Shown: positions 33,121 through 43,473, counted from the first letter of the stretch. The stretch is DNA of 64,000 nucleotides from Spirochaetaceae bacterium (GCA_051531975.1 JAOPTT010000003.1:237119-301118); one strand, 5' to 3'. Notes: generated by a model not told the origin, from the sequence alone. Program-made: numbers and translations.

Positions 33121-34866
33121 TTGAGACGTGGTCAGAGTCTTAGAGACAAAATTGTTAAAATCAATATGTTTTTTTTCTCCTCTGTACTTATCATATTATT
33201 CACACTATTTTTTTCATACTGGTACAAAATAGAGAACAATAATAACAAAAAAGATCTGGACACTATAGCAAACGTAAAAGCAAATCAACTTTATGACAAA
33301 CTTCTGAGCATGGATAGAACAGCACTGCAACTAGTAAGTGATCCATATATAGCAAATGACCTCTTTAAAGGTTTTTTTCTCTCTCCAACAGAAGGAAATG
33401 TATTTGAAAACGATAGAATCTTAAATAATAAAATCATAACCCATATTATTCCCTATATACTCAACGACAGTATAACATCAAGGATTTGCCTATTTAATGA
33501 TTCCAATGATTTTGTTTTTGTCGGAGAGATAGTGGATAACGTTAAAACACAAAATTATTTTAATAACATAGATATTATACCAGCAATAGAGAAATTGTCC
33601 GCTGGAGACTTTTTAGCCCTTATACCCCCGAGAAAAGATCCATTTTATTACAATAAATTTAATTCAAAAGAAAAAATAATAATATCTATAGTTCGGGAGG
33701 TTATAGATTATTCAAATGCAGAATCAGATAAAGTTGGCTATGTAGAGGTCCAGCAGACTCTAGAAAAATTATCACAAATGTTCGAAGATTTAGATTCATC
33801 TATCTCATTTGAAATAAAAGATACAGATGATAATATAATTTTGAATAGTAGTACTCCCTATTCAAAGACCAATCTAGAGATATCGGTACCGATAAAAGAT
33901 TACGGTTATACCCTTATTATCAAAAAGGATAATAAGTATTTTGTTACCATGACATACTTGTTAGGTGCAGCACTTCTCATAATGTTATCTTTATTAATTT
34001 TGGGAATTAGAACTACAGAAAATTTTGTAATAAAGACATTAACAAAGCCATTAGATGAACTTCAGTCCTTAGTAAATACCATAGATATTGGTAATATGGA
34101 TTTTTCATTTAAAATGGATGGAGAAATTGACCAAATTCAGCATTTGGAATCAGCATTTAGGGAGATGTTAATAAAACTAAAAGATTCTATCGATGATAAA
34201 GTCGAGGCTAGAACTGAGGAGTTAAGATCCCACTTATTTGCGTTACAAGCACAGATGAATCCACACTTTATTCATAATATGATGGCAGTAATATCCTCTA
34301 TAGCGGAGGAGTATGATGCAACAGAAATTGAAGATATCTGTGTTAAATTATCCAGTATTATACGTTATACCGTTCAATTCAATCAGGCTGATATAGCTTT
34401 AGAAGATGAAGTAAAACATGCCCAAAACTATCTTGATCTTATGCACATTAGATATGAGGACCAAATTGTATACTCTATATCTGAAGGATTCCAAACAGGA
34501 ATTAAGGTTCCAAAGTTTTTTCTACAACCACTTGTAGAAAACTGCTTTAAACACGGATTCTTAAATTCCCCTTCTCCATGGAATATTCATATCGATATTA
34601 TTATAGAAGAGACAATATGGAAAATAACAATAACAGATAACGGCTCAGGATTTTCTGATAAAATATTAAAAACAATTGAGAACCTATTATTAGAAGTAAA
34701 AAACAGCAGAGCAGACGAGATATTAAAAAACCTGCAAATAGGTGGTATGGGATTACGTAATGTTTTTGCTCGTTTATACCTTAATTATAAAGAGAAGATG
34801 ATTTTTAATATTAGTAATAGGAGTGATACTCCAGGTGCCATAGTTGAAATAGGAGGCCCTAAATGA
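33121..34866 (+). CDS. YesM-like sensor histidine kinase
   Basis: ALQAQMNPHFIHN, LQPLVENCFKHG, DNGSG, GMGLRNV; TTG start after GAGGAG. Confidence 0.92.
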   Translation: MRRGQSLRDKIVKINMFFFSSVLIILFTLFFSYWYKIENNNNKKDLDTIANVKANQLYDKLLSMDRTALQLVSDPYIANDLFKGFFLSPTEGNVFENDRILNNKIITHIIPYILNDSITSRICLFNDSNDFVFVGEIVDNVKTQNYFNNIDIIPAIEKLSAGDFLALIPPRKDPFYYNKFNSKEKIIISIVREVIDYSNAESDKVGYVEVQQTLEKLSQMFEDLDSSISFEIKDTDDNIILNSSTPYSKTNLEISVPIKDYGYTLIIKKDNKYFVTMTYLLGAALLIMLSLLILGIRTTENFVIKTLTKPLDELQSLVNTIDIGNMDFSFKMDGEIDQIQHLESAFREMLIKLKDSIDDKVEARTEELRSHLFALQAQMNPHFIHNMMAVISSIAEEYDATEIEDICVKLSSIIRYTVQFNQADIALEDEVKHAQNYLDLMHIRYEDQIVYSISEGFQTGIKVPKFFLQPLVENCFKHGFLNSPSPWNIHIDIIIEETIWKITITDNGSGFSDKILKTIENLLLEVKNSRADEILKNLQIGGMGLRNVFARLYLNYKEKMIFNISNRSDTPGAIVEIGGPK

Positions 34867-36377
34867 TAAATGTTTTAGTTGTAGAAGATGAACCACCTAT
34901 TTTAAAAAGTATATGTAGAAACATAGAGAAGGCAAATGAGAACTTTAAAATAGTTAATACAGCTTACGATGGGAAAGCGGCTCTAGAGATCCTCGAAAAT
35001 CATCACAATATTATAGATCTAGTAATTACCGATATACATATACCACTCATGAATGGTATAGAATTATTAAAAATTATTAACAAGAAATATCCTGATATTA
35101 TAACAATGGTATTAAGTGGATTCGAAAACTTTAACTATGCAAAAGACGCTTTTAAATGTGGGATATTTGATTATATGTTAAAGCCTGTAGATAAAATATT
35201 ACTCAAAAAACAGTTGGATTCCATAGAAAAACTCATCAAAAAAAATAGGAAAACAGATATCAATAAAATGCTCTATGATGGGATCAATTCTGGAAAGGTA
35301 GCGGGATTAGAAACTCTACTAGAAGGCCAACCACTTAAGATATTATTAATTTGTGCTGGCCCATTTCCAATTAGAGAATATGACTATCTTCTACCTGGAC
35401 GATCTTATTGGGAACGGGTGGATTTAAAAAGGGTATGTAAAAGATTTTTAAACAATATGAAGTACTGGATTATTCCTGGTAAAAATTCAGTAGAGAAGAT
35501 AATAATTATAGCAGGTAACTCTCAATCTATTAAAAACTATGAACAAAATATCCATAGCTATTTAAACAGTATTGATCCTATGCCAATTACCACCTGCTCA
35601 TCTCCTGTTATTGTTGACTACTCCAGTCTTTCTAAAGTTCATTACCAGCAGAGGATTGCACTGCACAACAACATAAAATTTTCAAAACCATCATTTATAG
35701 AGTATAATCCTTACCTTTCTGAGCGTATTACAAAAGTGGATATTAAGCAGTTAAATCAGCAGCTAAAACAAGAAATTATATCACACCGAGGGAATAATAT
35801 ATCAGAGCTGATAATAAATAAAATTAATGAGGTAATCTCAGAAGACCTTTATCAGGTAGATCTTGAAGCCTTTTTACACTTTATAGTCTATTTTCTGAAT
35901 AATTATAAATCTAACAATAACTTATACACTAATCCTGAAAAGATGATCAAAAAATTAATAACCAACAGTTTCACTAAAAAGGATATACTAGAGGGAGTAA
36001 CAGATTTCTTAAATGAATTTCTTACTCATAAAAATTCTATTACACTCCAGAAAGAAGATATGGTAAAAGAAATTGCAGATTTTCTTATGTTAAATTATGA
36101 CAAAACTATTTCAAATCAGACCCTATCGGATCAGTTTGGATTAGTACCATCATATATTAGTAATATTTTTAAAACATCAATGGGATTAAGTCCTCTTGAT
36201 TTTATACTTAAGTATAGAATGGAAAAAGCTAAAAGTCTTCTAATCAATAGATCAGACCTTCTAACAAAGGATGTCGCAGAGTTAGTTGGCTATAGTGATC
36301 CGTTATACTTCTCAAGGGTTTTTAAAAAATACTTTGGAGAAAATCCAGCAAAAATAAAGAAAAGTAGACCCATCTAA
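34863..36377 (+). CDS. YesN-like response regulator (REC + AraC HTH)
   Basis: VVEDE...TDIHIP receiver; VAELVGYSDPLYFSRVFKK. Confidence 0.93.
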   Translation: MINVLVVEDEPPILKSICRNIEKANENFKIVNTAYDGKAALEILENHHNIIDLVITDIHIPLMNGIELLKIINKKYPDIITMVLSGFENFNYAKDAFKCGIFDYMLKPVDKILLKKQLDSIEKLIKKNRKTDINKMLYDGINSGKVAGLETLLEGQPLKILLICAGPFPIREYDYLLPGRSYWERVDLKRVCKRFLNNMKYWIIPGKNSVEKIIIIAGNSQSIKNYEQNIHSYLNSIDPMPITTCSSPVIVDYSSLSKVHYQQRIALHNNIKFSKPSFIEYNPYLSERITKVDIKQLNQQLKQEIISHRGNNISELIINKINEVISEDLYQVDLEAFLHFIVYFLNNYKSNNNLYTNPEKMIKKLITNSFTKKDILEGVTDFLNEFLTHKNSITLQKEDMVKEIADFLMLNYDKTISNQTLSDQFGLVPSYISNIFKTSMGLSPLDFILKYRMEKAKSLLINRSDLLTKDVAELVGYSDPLYFSRVFKKYFGENPAKIKKSRPI

Positions 36378-36418
36378 ATGAATAATGTGACCAGTAAAGG
36401 TGTCATTTATTAGTTATT

Positions 36419-37432
36419 TTATATTTCCCCTAGTAAAAACCATGTCTCGACCTGTTCAAGGTTTTTTATTTTAATTAAACCTCGAGGCTCTAGGTTGAAA
36501 TCATCTTTTAGAAGGTTATAGGTTTCTTTTGAAACTTGAATTTTACCTGGTACACCATGGGATTCCATTCTAGAGGCGAGATTTACAGTATCACCCCAGA
36601 TATCGAACGTAAACTTTTTAGTACCTATAACACCACCAATTACAGGGCCACTATGTATTCCTATTCTAACTTGCAAAGGTATAGACATCTTGTCATTAAA
36701 CTTATGAACAGTGTCTAACATTGCTATAGCCATATCTGCTATAGCATGGGCATGATCCTCACGTTCATCAGGTAGCCCACTAACAACTAAATATGCATCT
36801 CCAATTGTTTTGATTTTTTCTAAACCAAGAGAACTTGATAACATATCAAAAGCTGATATTAATTCATCTAAGATTGTAATCATCTCTACTGGTGTGTGGT
36901 TCTTAAAATACTTCGTAAAACCAACTAGATCACAAAACAGGATTGTAGAGTCTATATACTTATCTGCTATTAGTGTTTCTCCATTTTTAAGTCTCTTTGC
37001 TATAGATACTGGTAAAATATTAGCTAAAAGTAGTTCTGTTTTTTTGTTTTCTTCTTCAAGTAGTTTTTTAGTCTCTTTTAAACTGAAATGCATATAACTT
37101 ATATAAGCACTAATTATTGAGACAAGAATATAACTAGTTATACCCATAAAAACTACTGGATTAAATACATCATCTCCAGTAATAAGAAAAAATGTAGAAC
37201 TTGTTACCACAGAAGATAACAAAGTATAAATTAATCCGTACTTAATATTGGTATTCCAAGTATATATACCTACCAAAAAAGCTCCTATAATAGCAGCCTG
37301 AGTATGAATTATTGGATAAAAAATATTAATAAATATAAAATGAAAAAGTAGCAATATTGGGGCTAAAATAAGCATCTTTTTACTTATTTTAAATTTGACA
37401 TGCCCGTTATTAAAGTTGTTTATTGATATCAC
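36419..37432 (-). CDS. Membrane-bound class III adenylate cyclase
   Basis: LFCDLVGFT, EKIKTIGDAY, FDIWGDTVNLASRMES (K and D specificity residues of ATP-using enzymes); N-terminal TM segments. Confidence 0.9.
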   Translation of the reverse strand: MISINNFNNGHVKFKISKKMLILAPILLLFHFIFINIFYPIIHTQAAIIGAFLVGIYTWNTNIKYGLIYTLLSSVVTSSTFFLITGDDVFNPVVFMGITSYILVSIISAYISYMHFSLKETKKLLEEENKKTELLLANILPVSIAKRLKNGETLIADKYIDSTILFCDLVGFTKYFKNHTPVEMITILDELISAFDMLSSSLGLEKIKTIGDAYLVVSGLPDEREDHAHAIADMAIAMLDTVHKFNDKMSIPLQVRIGIHSGPVIGGVIGTKKFTFDIWGDTVNLASRMESHGVPGKIQVSKETYNLLKDDFNLEPRGLIKIKNLEQVETWFLLGEI

Positions 37433-37580
37433 ACCTACTCCTTCTAAAGAAATTAAATGATATTACGTATTTCCTATACGCACAAGTTAAAATATAATTA
37501 CATAAATGAAGACTATAGTACTCAAATATACATTATCGTAATTATTACTTCTCTAAACCCATAAAACACTACTTAAAACA

Positions 37581-37595
37581 TGGCATAAATAATGC
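37581..37595 (+). promoter_or_regulatory. sigma54 (-24/-12) promoter of the hypothetical nif-linked gene
   Basis: TGGCATAAATAATGC: GG-N10-GC spacing, 24 nt before the ATG. Confidence 0.7.
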
Positions 37596-37619
37596 TTCCT
37601 ATTATTAAGGAGTTTTATT

Positions 37620-38537
37620 ATGTTCCAAGATATAAAACACATAAAATATAGCAACATCAATGGAGACTTAGAATCCATACAACCATTTGAAGAGGTTAAA
37701 ATTAAAACTAGTATAGGCACAATAATCCCTGTTTATAATGTAGAAGATATGGGTAGAAAAAAATTAACCCCAATTAAATTTGATTTAGATGGGAATATAA
37801 AATCTTTACAGCTACAAGATGTTAAAAAAATAAAGACCTCTATTGGAATGTTTTTAACTGAGTTTATTACTTTTTATGCAAGTGGGGAAATGTGTAGACT
37901 TTTCCAACTAAATGGTAAACTTTCTGGGTTTTGGTCAGAGCAAAATGAATATGATTTAGCTAAAACAATAAAGATTTCTACTCCAATTGGAGATATAATT
38001 GGAAAACCTATATATATCCATTTTTATAAATCAGGTGAACTTAAAAGTATTACTTTCTGGCCCAAAGAGAGAGTTTCAGTTCAAGGAGAGTATGGGTTAT
38101 TTGAGATTAAAACTGGTATATCTTTTCACCCTTGTGGTTCACTAAAATCATATGAACCAGTTGAACCAATAATTGTACACACTGCATTAGGAAACATTGA
38201 AGCTTTTGATCCTGATCCTGTAGGAATAAATGGAGAGCGAAACTCATTAGAATTTAATACATCTGGAGATATTTTAAGACTCTCTACAATAAAGTCTCAA
38301 GTAATGGTTATAGATGATGATGGAAACAGTGAAATATTCGCACCTGTGGAAATTATAAGTAGATGTAATGATGAATTATTTGTAATTCAACCCTTAAACA
38401 TTGAATTTAGCGATGATGAGGTAATTTTTAGATATGGATTTAAAATTGCAGGTAAAGCTTCGAGGAATTTAGTATTTGTATTGCAAGAATTTTCTCCACA
38501 AAATCAACTTGCAAGTGTAGGTTGTTGTTCTGAATAA
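37620..38537 (+). CDS. Hypothetical repeat-containing protein associated with the nif cluster
   Basis: 305-aa ORF with AAGGAG RBS; recurring (K)TSIG/TPIG/TALG and FY.SG/FH..G units; C-terminal GCCSE. Confidence 0.8.
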   Translation: MFQDIKHIKYSNINGDLESIQPFEEVKIKTSIGTIIPVYNVEDMGRKKLTPIKFDLDGNIKSLQLQDVKKIKTSIGMFLTEFITFYASGEMCRLFQLNGKLSGFWSEQNEYDLAKTIKISTPIGDIIGKPIYIHFYKSGELKSITFWPKERVSVQGEYGLFEIKTGISFHPCGSLKSYEPVEPIIVHTALGNIEAFDPDPVGINGERNSLEFNTSGDILRLSTIKSQVMVIDDDGNSEIFAPVEIISRCNDELFVIQPLNIEFSDDEVIFRYGFKIAGKASRNLVFVLQEFSPQNQLASVGCCSE

Positions 38538-38557
38538 AAAAATTAAAAAACAGAGTG

Positions 38558-38589
38558 GTTTATGCCAAAAGTTTATATTTGGTATAGAC
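38558..38589. terminator. Possible terminator hairpin between convergent genes
   Basis: GTTTATGCCAAA/TTTGGTATAGAC imperfect inverted repeat (G-U pairs on +) with an A-run on its left. Confidence 0.45.
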
Positions 38590-38619
38590 TCTTCGAATCC
38601 TAAAGAATTATAAAGTATT

Positions 38620-40173
38620 TTATGTTTTAAATTTTTCTATATCGATTCCATATTTCTCCAACCTTAAACCTAACTGCCTATAAGATATACCAAGGTTATC
38701 ACTTGCCTCTTTAAGTTTTCCCCTCGTTCGTTTTAACTCCTCAATTATTAACTCGTATTCTAATATTTCCATATGTTTTTGTAACTTTCCACTGTCTACT
38801 GTGGTAACTTTACTTATTGTTTGCAGAGAGGGAGGCAAATGATAACTGTGTATAACTTCATCATCTACTAAAATAACCGCTCTCTCTATACAGTTTTCAA
38901 GTTCCCTAACATTACCAGGCCAATGATATGTCATTAACATATCGATAGCCGGAGTTGATATTCTTAATACTTTATTATTACTTAAATTAGAATACTTGCT
39001 AATAAACATATTAACTAATTCTGGAATATCAGTTTTCCTCTCTCTTAATGCTGGAACAGTTATTGGAAAAACATCTAGACGATAATATAGGTCCAATCTA
39101 AAAGAACCTTCTTCCACAAGTTTTAGTAGGTCCCTATTGGTTGCAGCAATTACTCTAACATCAACCTTGACCTGTTCGTTTGTTCCAACCTTTTCAAACT
39201 CCCTCTCCTGAATAACCCTTAAGAGCTTAGCTTGTGCATTTAATGTTAATTCTCCTATTTCATCTAAAAAGATAGATCCACCATCTGCAATTTGAAACTT
39301 TCCATCTTTATCGACAATTGCTCCAGTAAAAGAACCTTTCCCATGTCCAAAAAGTTCACTTTCTATTAAATTTTCAGGTAGTGCTGCACAATTAAAAGTT
39401 ACAAAAGGTTTTGTTGCTCGTTCACTAGAATAATGGATAGCCTGTGCTACGAGCTCTTTTCCTGCTCCACTCTCACCAAAGACTAAAACAGTAGAACTTG
39501 TTTTTGCTACACGCTTAATCATAGAAAATAAGTTTTGCATAATGCTAGAATTACCAATTATATTTTCAGGTTTGTATTTATCAATTAAACTCTCTTGTAA
39601 TCGACTATTCTCCGCAACCAAAGAGTGTTCTTCATGAATAGCCTGATGTAGGCTTACCGATCTAGAAATCATAGTTGTTATTATAGTTAAAATTGTTAGA
39701 TCATCTCTTATATACTTCGCTTCTTCATAAGATTTATGAATACTTAAAGCTCCAATAACTTCGTTAGTAGTTTTTACAGGGACACAAATAAATGCTTTTT
39801 TTACACTACTTTTAGTATTTCCTGTTCTATTTAAAAATCTAGGGTCTTTTGATATATCTGGAATAATAATTGATTCTCCAGTGTTGACAACAGTTCCTGT
39901 AATTCCCTCTCCTAGATAATATATTCCTTTCGATTCCTCTTCCTCTGACATGCCAAAAGATGATGAAACTATTATCTGGGAGGTTTTACGGTTTAAAATA
40001 GTCGCCATACCACGTTCTATTTCTAAACTTTCACCCATGAAATTAAATAATCGAGGTAGAATCTCTTTTAAATTCTCCCCTGGGGTGATAATTGATGAAA
40101 TTTTTAGTAACAATGTTAAATTTCGACTATGTCTTTCCTGACATTTATCTTGTAAACATTCTTTTATATCCAA
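38620..40173 (-). CDS. nifA: NifA-type sigma54 enhancer-binding protein (GAF-AAA+-HTH)
   Basis: N-terminal GAF (GEGITG.V..TG), GESGAGKE Walker A, ESELFGH.KGSFTGA, WPGNVRELEN; located inside the nif cluster. Confidence 0.88.
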   Translation of the reverse strand: MDIKECLQDKCQERHSRNLTLLLKISSIITPGENLKEILPRLFNFMGESLEIERGMATILNRKTSQIIVSSSFGMSEEEESKGIYYLGEGITGTVVNTGESIIIPDISKDPRFLNRTGNTKSSVKKAFICVPVKTTNEVIGALSIHKSYEEAKYIRDDLTILTIITTMISRSVSLHQAIHEEHSLVAENSRLQESLIDKYKPENIIGNSSIMQNLFSMIKRVAKTSSTVLVFGESGAGKELVAQAIHYSSERATKPFVTFNCAALPENLIESELFGHGKGSFTGAIVDKDGKFQIADGGSIFLDEIGELTLNAQAKLLRVIQEREFEKVGTNEQVKVDVRVIAATNRDLLKLVEEGSFRLDLYYRLDVFPITVPALRERKTDIPELVNMFISKYSNLSNNKVLRISTPAIDMLMTYHWPGNVRELENCIERAVILVDDEVIHSYHLPPSLQTISKVTTVDSGKLQKHMEILEYELIIEELKRTRGKLKEASDNLGISYRQLGLRLEKYGIDIEKFKT

Positions 40174-41288
40174 GATGTAACCTCACATTTATAAATATTT
40201 ATAACCTCAGAACTTGTTAAAAAGTTCTTCTTAATAATTGCTTTATTTTTTAGTACTTTTAATAATTTAGGAATATCAGCATTTTTATATTTAATACCTG
40301 CATTCTCGAGTAAATGTATAATATTTGATCTACCAGAATGAGTTCCAACAACAATAGAGCTAAAACTTAATCCTTTATCTTCAGGACAGAATGGTTGATA
40401 TGCTAATCTATTTTTTTGCATACCATGGCTATGAATTCCTGACTCATGGGTGAAGACAATATCCCCAACTATTGGTTTATCCACAGGGATAACTCTATTT
40501 GAATAAGATGAAACTAATTTACATAGATCTTTAACTTTTGTTAAATCTACCTTTGATGATAATTTTTTATGCATATCTAAGATAAATACTAATTGTTCTA
40601 AGGATGTATTACCTGCCCGTTCTCCAATACCATTTACTGTAACATTTACAGAGTCAGCTCCATTTTCTAATGCGGTTAGAGCATTTGCAGTTCCTAAGCC
40701 AAGATCGTTATGCCCATGGAAATCAATCTTACCAGAAAATTTATCTCTATATAACTTAATTAGTTGTTTAACATTATTAGGAGTGGTATTTCCTACTGTA
40801 TCTGAAAATCTAATCCTGAATAAATTATGATCTTCAGCAAAATTACATACATCTAGTAAACGACTATGTTCAGATCTAAAACTATCTTGTAGACCTAGCG
40901 ATACAAACTCAAAATTATCTTTAGCGAATGTTACTACTTCAGTTAATTTTAACATTGCACAGGACCAGGAACCTATTTGAGTTTGTAGATGATAACTTGA
41001 TATAGGCATAGAAATATGTATTGTATCCGCACCTGTTTTAAAAGACGCCTTTACATCTTCAATACTTAATCTAGACCATGTCGAAATTCGAGTATTTGTA
41101 CTTTCCGATACTAACCATTTTATAAATTTTATTTGATTCGAACCCATAATTGGAGTACCAGCTTCTATCTCATCAACTCCAATATTCATTAAGCTATGGG
41201 CTATATTAATTTTCTCTTTTATTGAAAAAGAGACACCAGGAGCTTGTTCTCCATCTCTTAGGGTTGTATCAATAATCTCTTTATTCAT
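40164..41288 (-). CDS. nifV: Homocitrate synthase
   Basis: DTTLRDGEQAPG, HGHNDLGL, GIGERAGN, FTHESGIH; nif context. Confidence 0.9.
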   Translation of the reverse strand: MNKEIIDTTLRDGEQAPGVSFSIKEKINIAHSLMNIGVDEIEAGTPIMGSNQIKFIKWLVSESTNTRISTWSRLSIEDVKASFKTGADTIHISMPISSYHLQTQIGSWSCAMLKLTEVVTFAKDNFEFVSLGLQDSFRSEHSRLLDVCNFAEDHNLFRIRFSDTVGNTTPNNVKQLIKLYRDKFSGKIDFHGHNDLGLGTANALTALENGADSVNVTVNGIGERAGNTSLEQLVFILDMHKKLSSKVDLTKVKDLCKLVSSYSNRVIPVDKPIVGDIVFTHESGIHSHGMQKNRLAYQPFCPEDKGLSFSSIVVGTHSGRSNIIHLLENAGIKYKNADIPKLLKVLKNKAIIKKNFLTSSEVINIYKCEVTSWI

Positions 41289-41299
41289 ATAAATAACTA

Positions 41300-41315
41300 T
41301 GCAAAAAGTATGCCA
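41300..41315 (-). promoter_or_regulatory. sigma54 promoter of nifV-nifA
   Basis: Minus strand TGGCATACTTTTTGCA. Confidence 0.85.
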
Positions 41316-41406
41316 TGTCTAAACACGATTAGAAGCGAGTTTAGATACATAAAGACTACACGAATGTATGGATGTTTAATTTCCTCAACTGTAATGTAGG
41401 GAACAC

Positions 41407-42039
41407 TCATGAAACCTTTCCTAAGTTTATCTTATATAAAGTATTGGTCATAAATTTTAAGTCATTAAAGTCGTGACTTATTACTAATATTGGAATATCA
41501 AGTTCTTTGTTTAAACCCTTTATATATCTTAAAATATTTGATCGTAAACAATAATCGACTGCATTAAATGGTTCATCTAAAAGTAATAATTCCGGGGATG
41601 TTAATATTGCTCTACCGATAGCAATTCTTTGAGCCTCCCCCCCAGATACTAAATATGGTTTTGCTGATAAGATTTTCCTTAAATTTAATATCTCGACTAT
41701 TTTATTAAAATCAACATTTTGTTTTTTAATATATCTAAGACCAAACCTTAAATTTTCTTCAATTGTTAAGTGAGGGAATAATAAATTATCCTGAAAAACA
41801 ATACCCACATTTCTTTTATTAGGAGGTGTATTAATTTTTTTTTCCACATGGGTAATATATCTGTTATTTAATTTAACAAAACCTTCTGTAGGTTTCTCTA
41901 ATCCAGCTAAAATATTAAACAGCGATGTTTTTCCTGCTCCTGAATCACCATATATTCCTGTAATACCTTTTCCAAAATGACCTTTCAGTTCTAATTTATA
42001 ATTTAATCGGGGTAGTTTAATGTCAAATTCAAGACTCAT
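41407..42039 (-). CDS. modC: Molybdate ABC transporter ATPase (short form without TOBE domain)
   Basis: GDSGAGKT Walker A, VSGGEAQR, LLLDEPF; follows modB. Confidence 0.88.
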   Translation of the reverse strand: MSLEFDIKLPRLNYKLELKGHFGKGITGIYGDSGAGKTSLFNILAGLEKPTEGFVKLNNRYITHVEKKINTPPNKRNVGIVFQDNLLFPHLTIEENLRFGLRYIKKQNVDFNKIVEILNLRKILSAKPYLVSGGEAQRIAIGRAILTSPELLLLDEPFNAVDYCLRSNILRYIKGLNKELDIPILVISHDFNDLKFMTNTLYKINLGKVS

Positions 42040-42715
42040 TAATTATCCTCCAATTGTTGTATTTTTTATTGAGGGTTGAAGATGAAAACAAAGCTAGAAA
42101 CGAAATAAATATAGAAATTGCAACTAAAAACATTGCATCTCGCCCTCTACCTGGAATCTGTAATAAAGTATACACAGACAGAGGAATTGTTCGTGTCTCC
42201 CCTAATATATTACCAGCAAATGTTATTGTAGCTCCAAACTCTCCTAAGCTACGAGCAAAACCTAAGATTGAACCACTAATAATACCAGGAATTATTAGCG
42301 GTACTATTACTCTAATAAATGTTTCAAATCTTCCTGCACCTAATGTCATTGCTGCTTTCTCCAACTTAGGATCAACCATTTCCATAGAAACTCGTAAACT
42401 TCTTGTAATTAAAGGAAAGGAGACAACCATAGAAGAGAGAATGGCTGCCCCCTCAGTAAATGCTATTCTAAGACCAGTAAATAAATATAATGGAGCACCT
42501 AGTAGGCCATTTTTTCCAAATATCAATAACAGTAGAAATCCAGTGGTAACTGGAGGCATAACAAGAGGAAGATTTATAAAACCATCTATTAATTGCTTTC
42601 CTTTAAACTGTTTTCTTGCCATGATATACGAAACAAATAGAGCAAATGGTAAATTAATTACCGTTGCAAAAAAACCGACCTTAAGAGATAAAAGAACCGT
42701 TACTAGTATATTCAT
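42029..42715 (-). CDS. modB: Molybdate ABC transporter permease
   Basis: LPLVMPPVTTG, FARSLGEFGATITFAGNI. Confidence 0.93.
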   Translation of the reverse strand: MNILVTVLLSLKVGFFATVINLPFALFVSYIMARKQFKGKQLIDGFINLPLVMPPVTTGFLLLLIFGKNGLLGAPLYLFTGLRIAFTEGAAILSSMVVSFPLITRSLRVSMEMVDPKLEKAAMTLGAGRFETFIRVIVPLIIPGIISGSILGFARSLGEFGATITFAGNILGETRTIPLSVYTLLQIPGRGRDAMFLVAISIFISFLALFSSSTLNKKYNNWRIINES

Positions 42716-43458
42716 AGGTTACTAAATCCATTTGTTTTATATATTTGTTTTGCTTCTTCATCCTCTATAAGGAATTTATAGAGATCTGCAGCCTGTTTAT
42801 TATTATTAAGAAGGGCACAGTAATATTCAATTTTATTATGAGATTCTTCTGAAAAAACCTCTACTATTTTAACTTTTTTACTTCTTAATGCATCAGTATT
42901 ATAAACAATCCCGAATTCAGTCTCTGACATTTCGACTACAGATAAAGCTGCTCTTACATTTGCTCCAGGTAGAAGTCTTGATTCCAGAATTTCATACCAA
43001 TCATAAAACTCTAAAACCTCTTTTGCATAGGCTCCTGCAGGTACATAATCTGGGTCACCAACTGAAAGTTTCCCTGTAAAAGATCCCGGAAAACTATTAT
43101 CAAGATTAAATGTTAAGTCACTATCTTTAGGAGATATTAATACTAACGAATTAGATAGAAAAGGTTCTATCCTTATTGTTAGATGTTCGATGTGATCCAT
43201 CCATTTTTTTGATGCTGAAATGTAGATATCGGCAGTGGCACCATTTAAAACTTGTTTTGCTAAGACTCCACTAGAAGCTGGACTAAGCTTTATTTTAATA
43301 CCTGTTTTTGATGAGTACAAATCAGATAATTCCTCCATCAAATCTGTACTACTTGAAGCAATAAAGAGGGTTATATATTCAGATTTATTATTTATTGGTT
43401 TTACAGATATTAAAAAAATAACCAGAGTAATTGTAAATATTAATACTATCTTCTTCAT
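42712..43458 (-). CDS. modA: Molybdate ABC transporter substrate-binding protein
   Basis: ASSS, ASSGVLAKQ, GDPDYVPAGAYA, NVRAAL, GIVY.TDA. Confidence 0.92.
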   Translation of the reverse strand: MKKIVLIFTITLVIFLISVKPINNKSEYITLFIASSSTDLMEELSDLYSSKTGIKIKLSPASSGVLAKQVLNGATADIYISASKKWMDHIEHLTIRIEPFLSNSLVLISPKDSDLTFNLDNSFPGSFTGKLSVGDPDYVPAGAYAKEVLEFYDWYEILESRLLPGANVRAALSVVEMSETEFGIVYNTDALRSKKVKIVEVFSEESHNKIEYYCALLNNNKQAADLYKFLIEDEEAKQIYKTNGFSNL

Positions 43459-43473
43459 TTAACCCTACTAATA

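Noticed and set aside
38551..38566. TGGCATAAACCACTC on the minus strand as a sigma54 promoter; it shares an 11-mer with 48000-48010
   Set aside because: No -12 GC, it points into the 3' end of a gene, and it is better explained as a hairpin arm
42054..42725. 223-aa plus-strand ORF
   Set aside because: Antisense shadow of modB with no motifs or RBS; the same applies to the other short ORFs opposite long genes (e.g. 2416-2922, 4192-4632, 5707-6135, 47226-47621)
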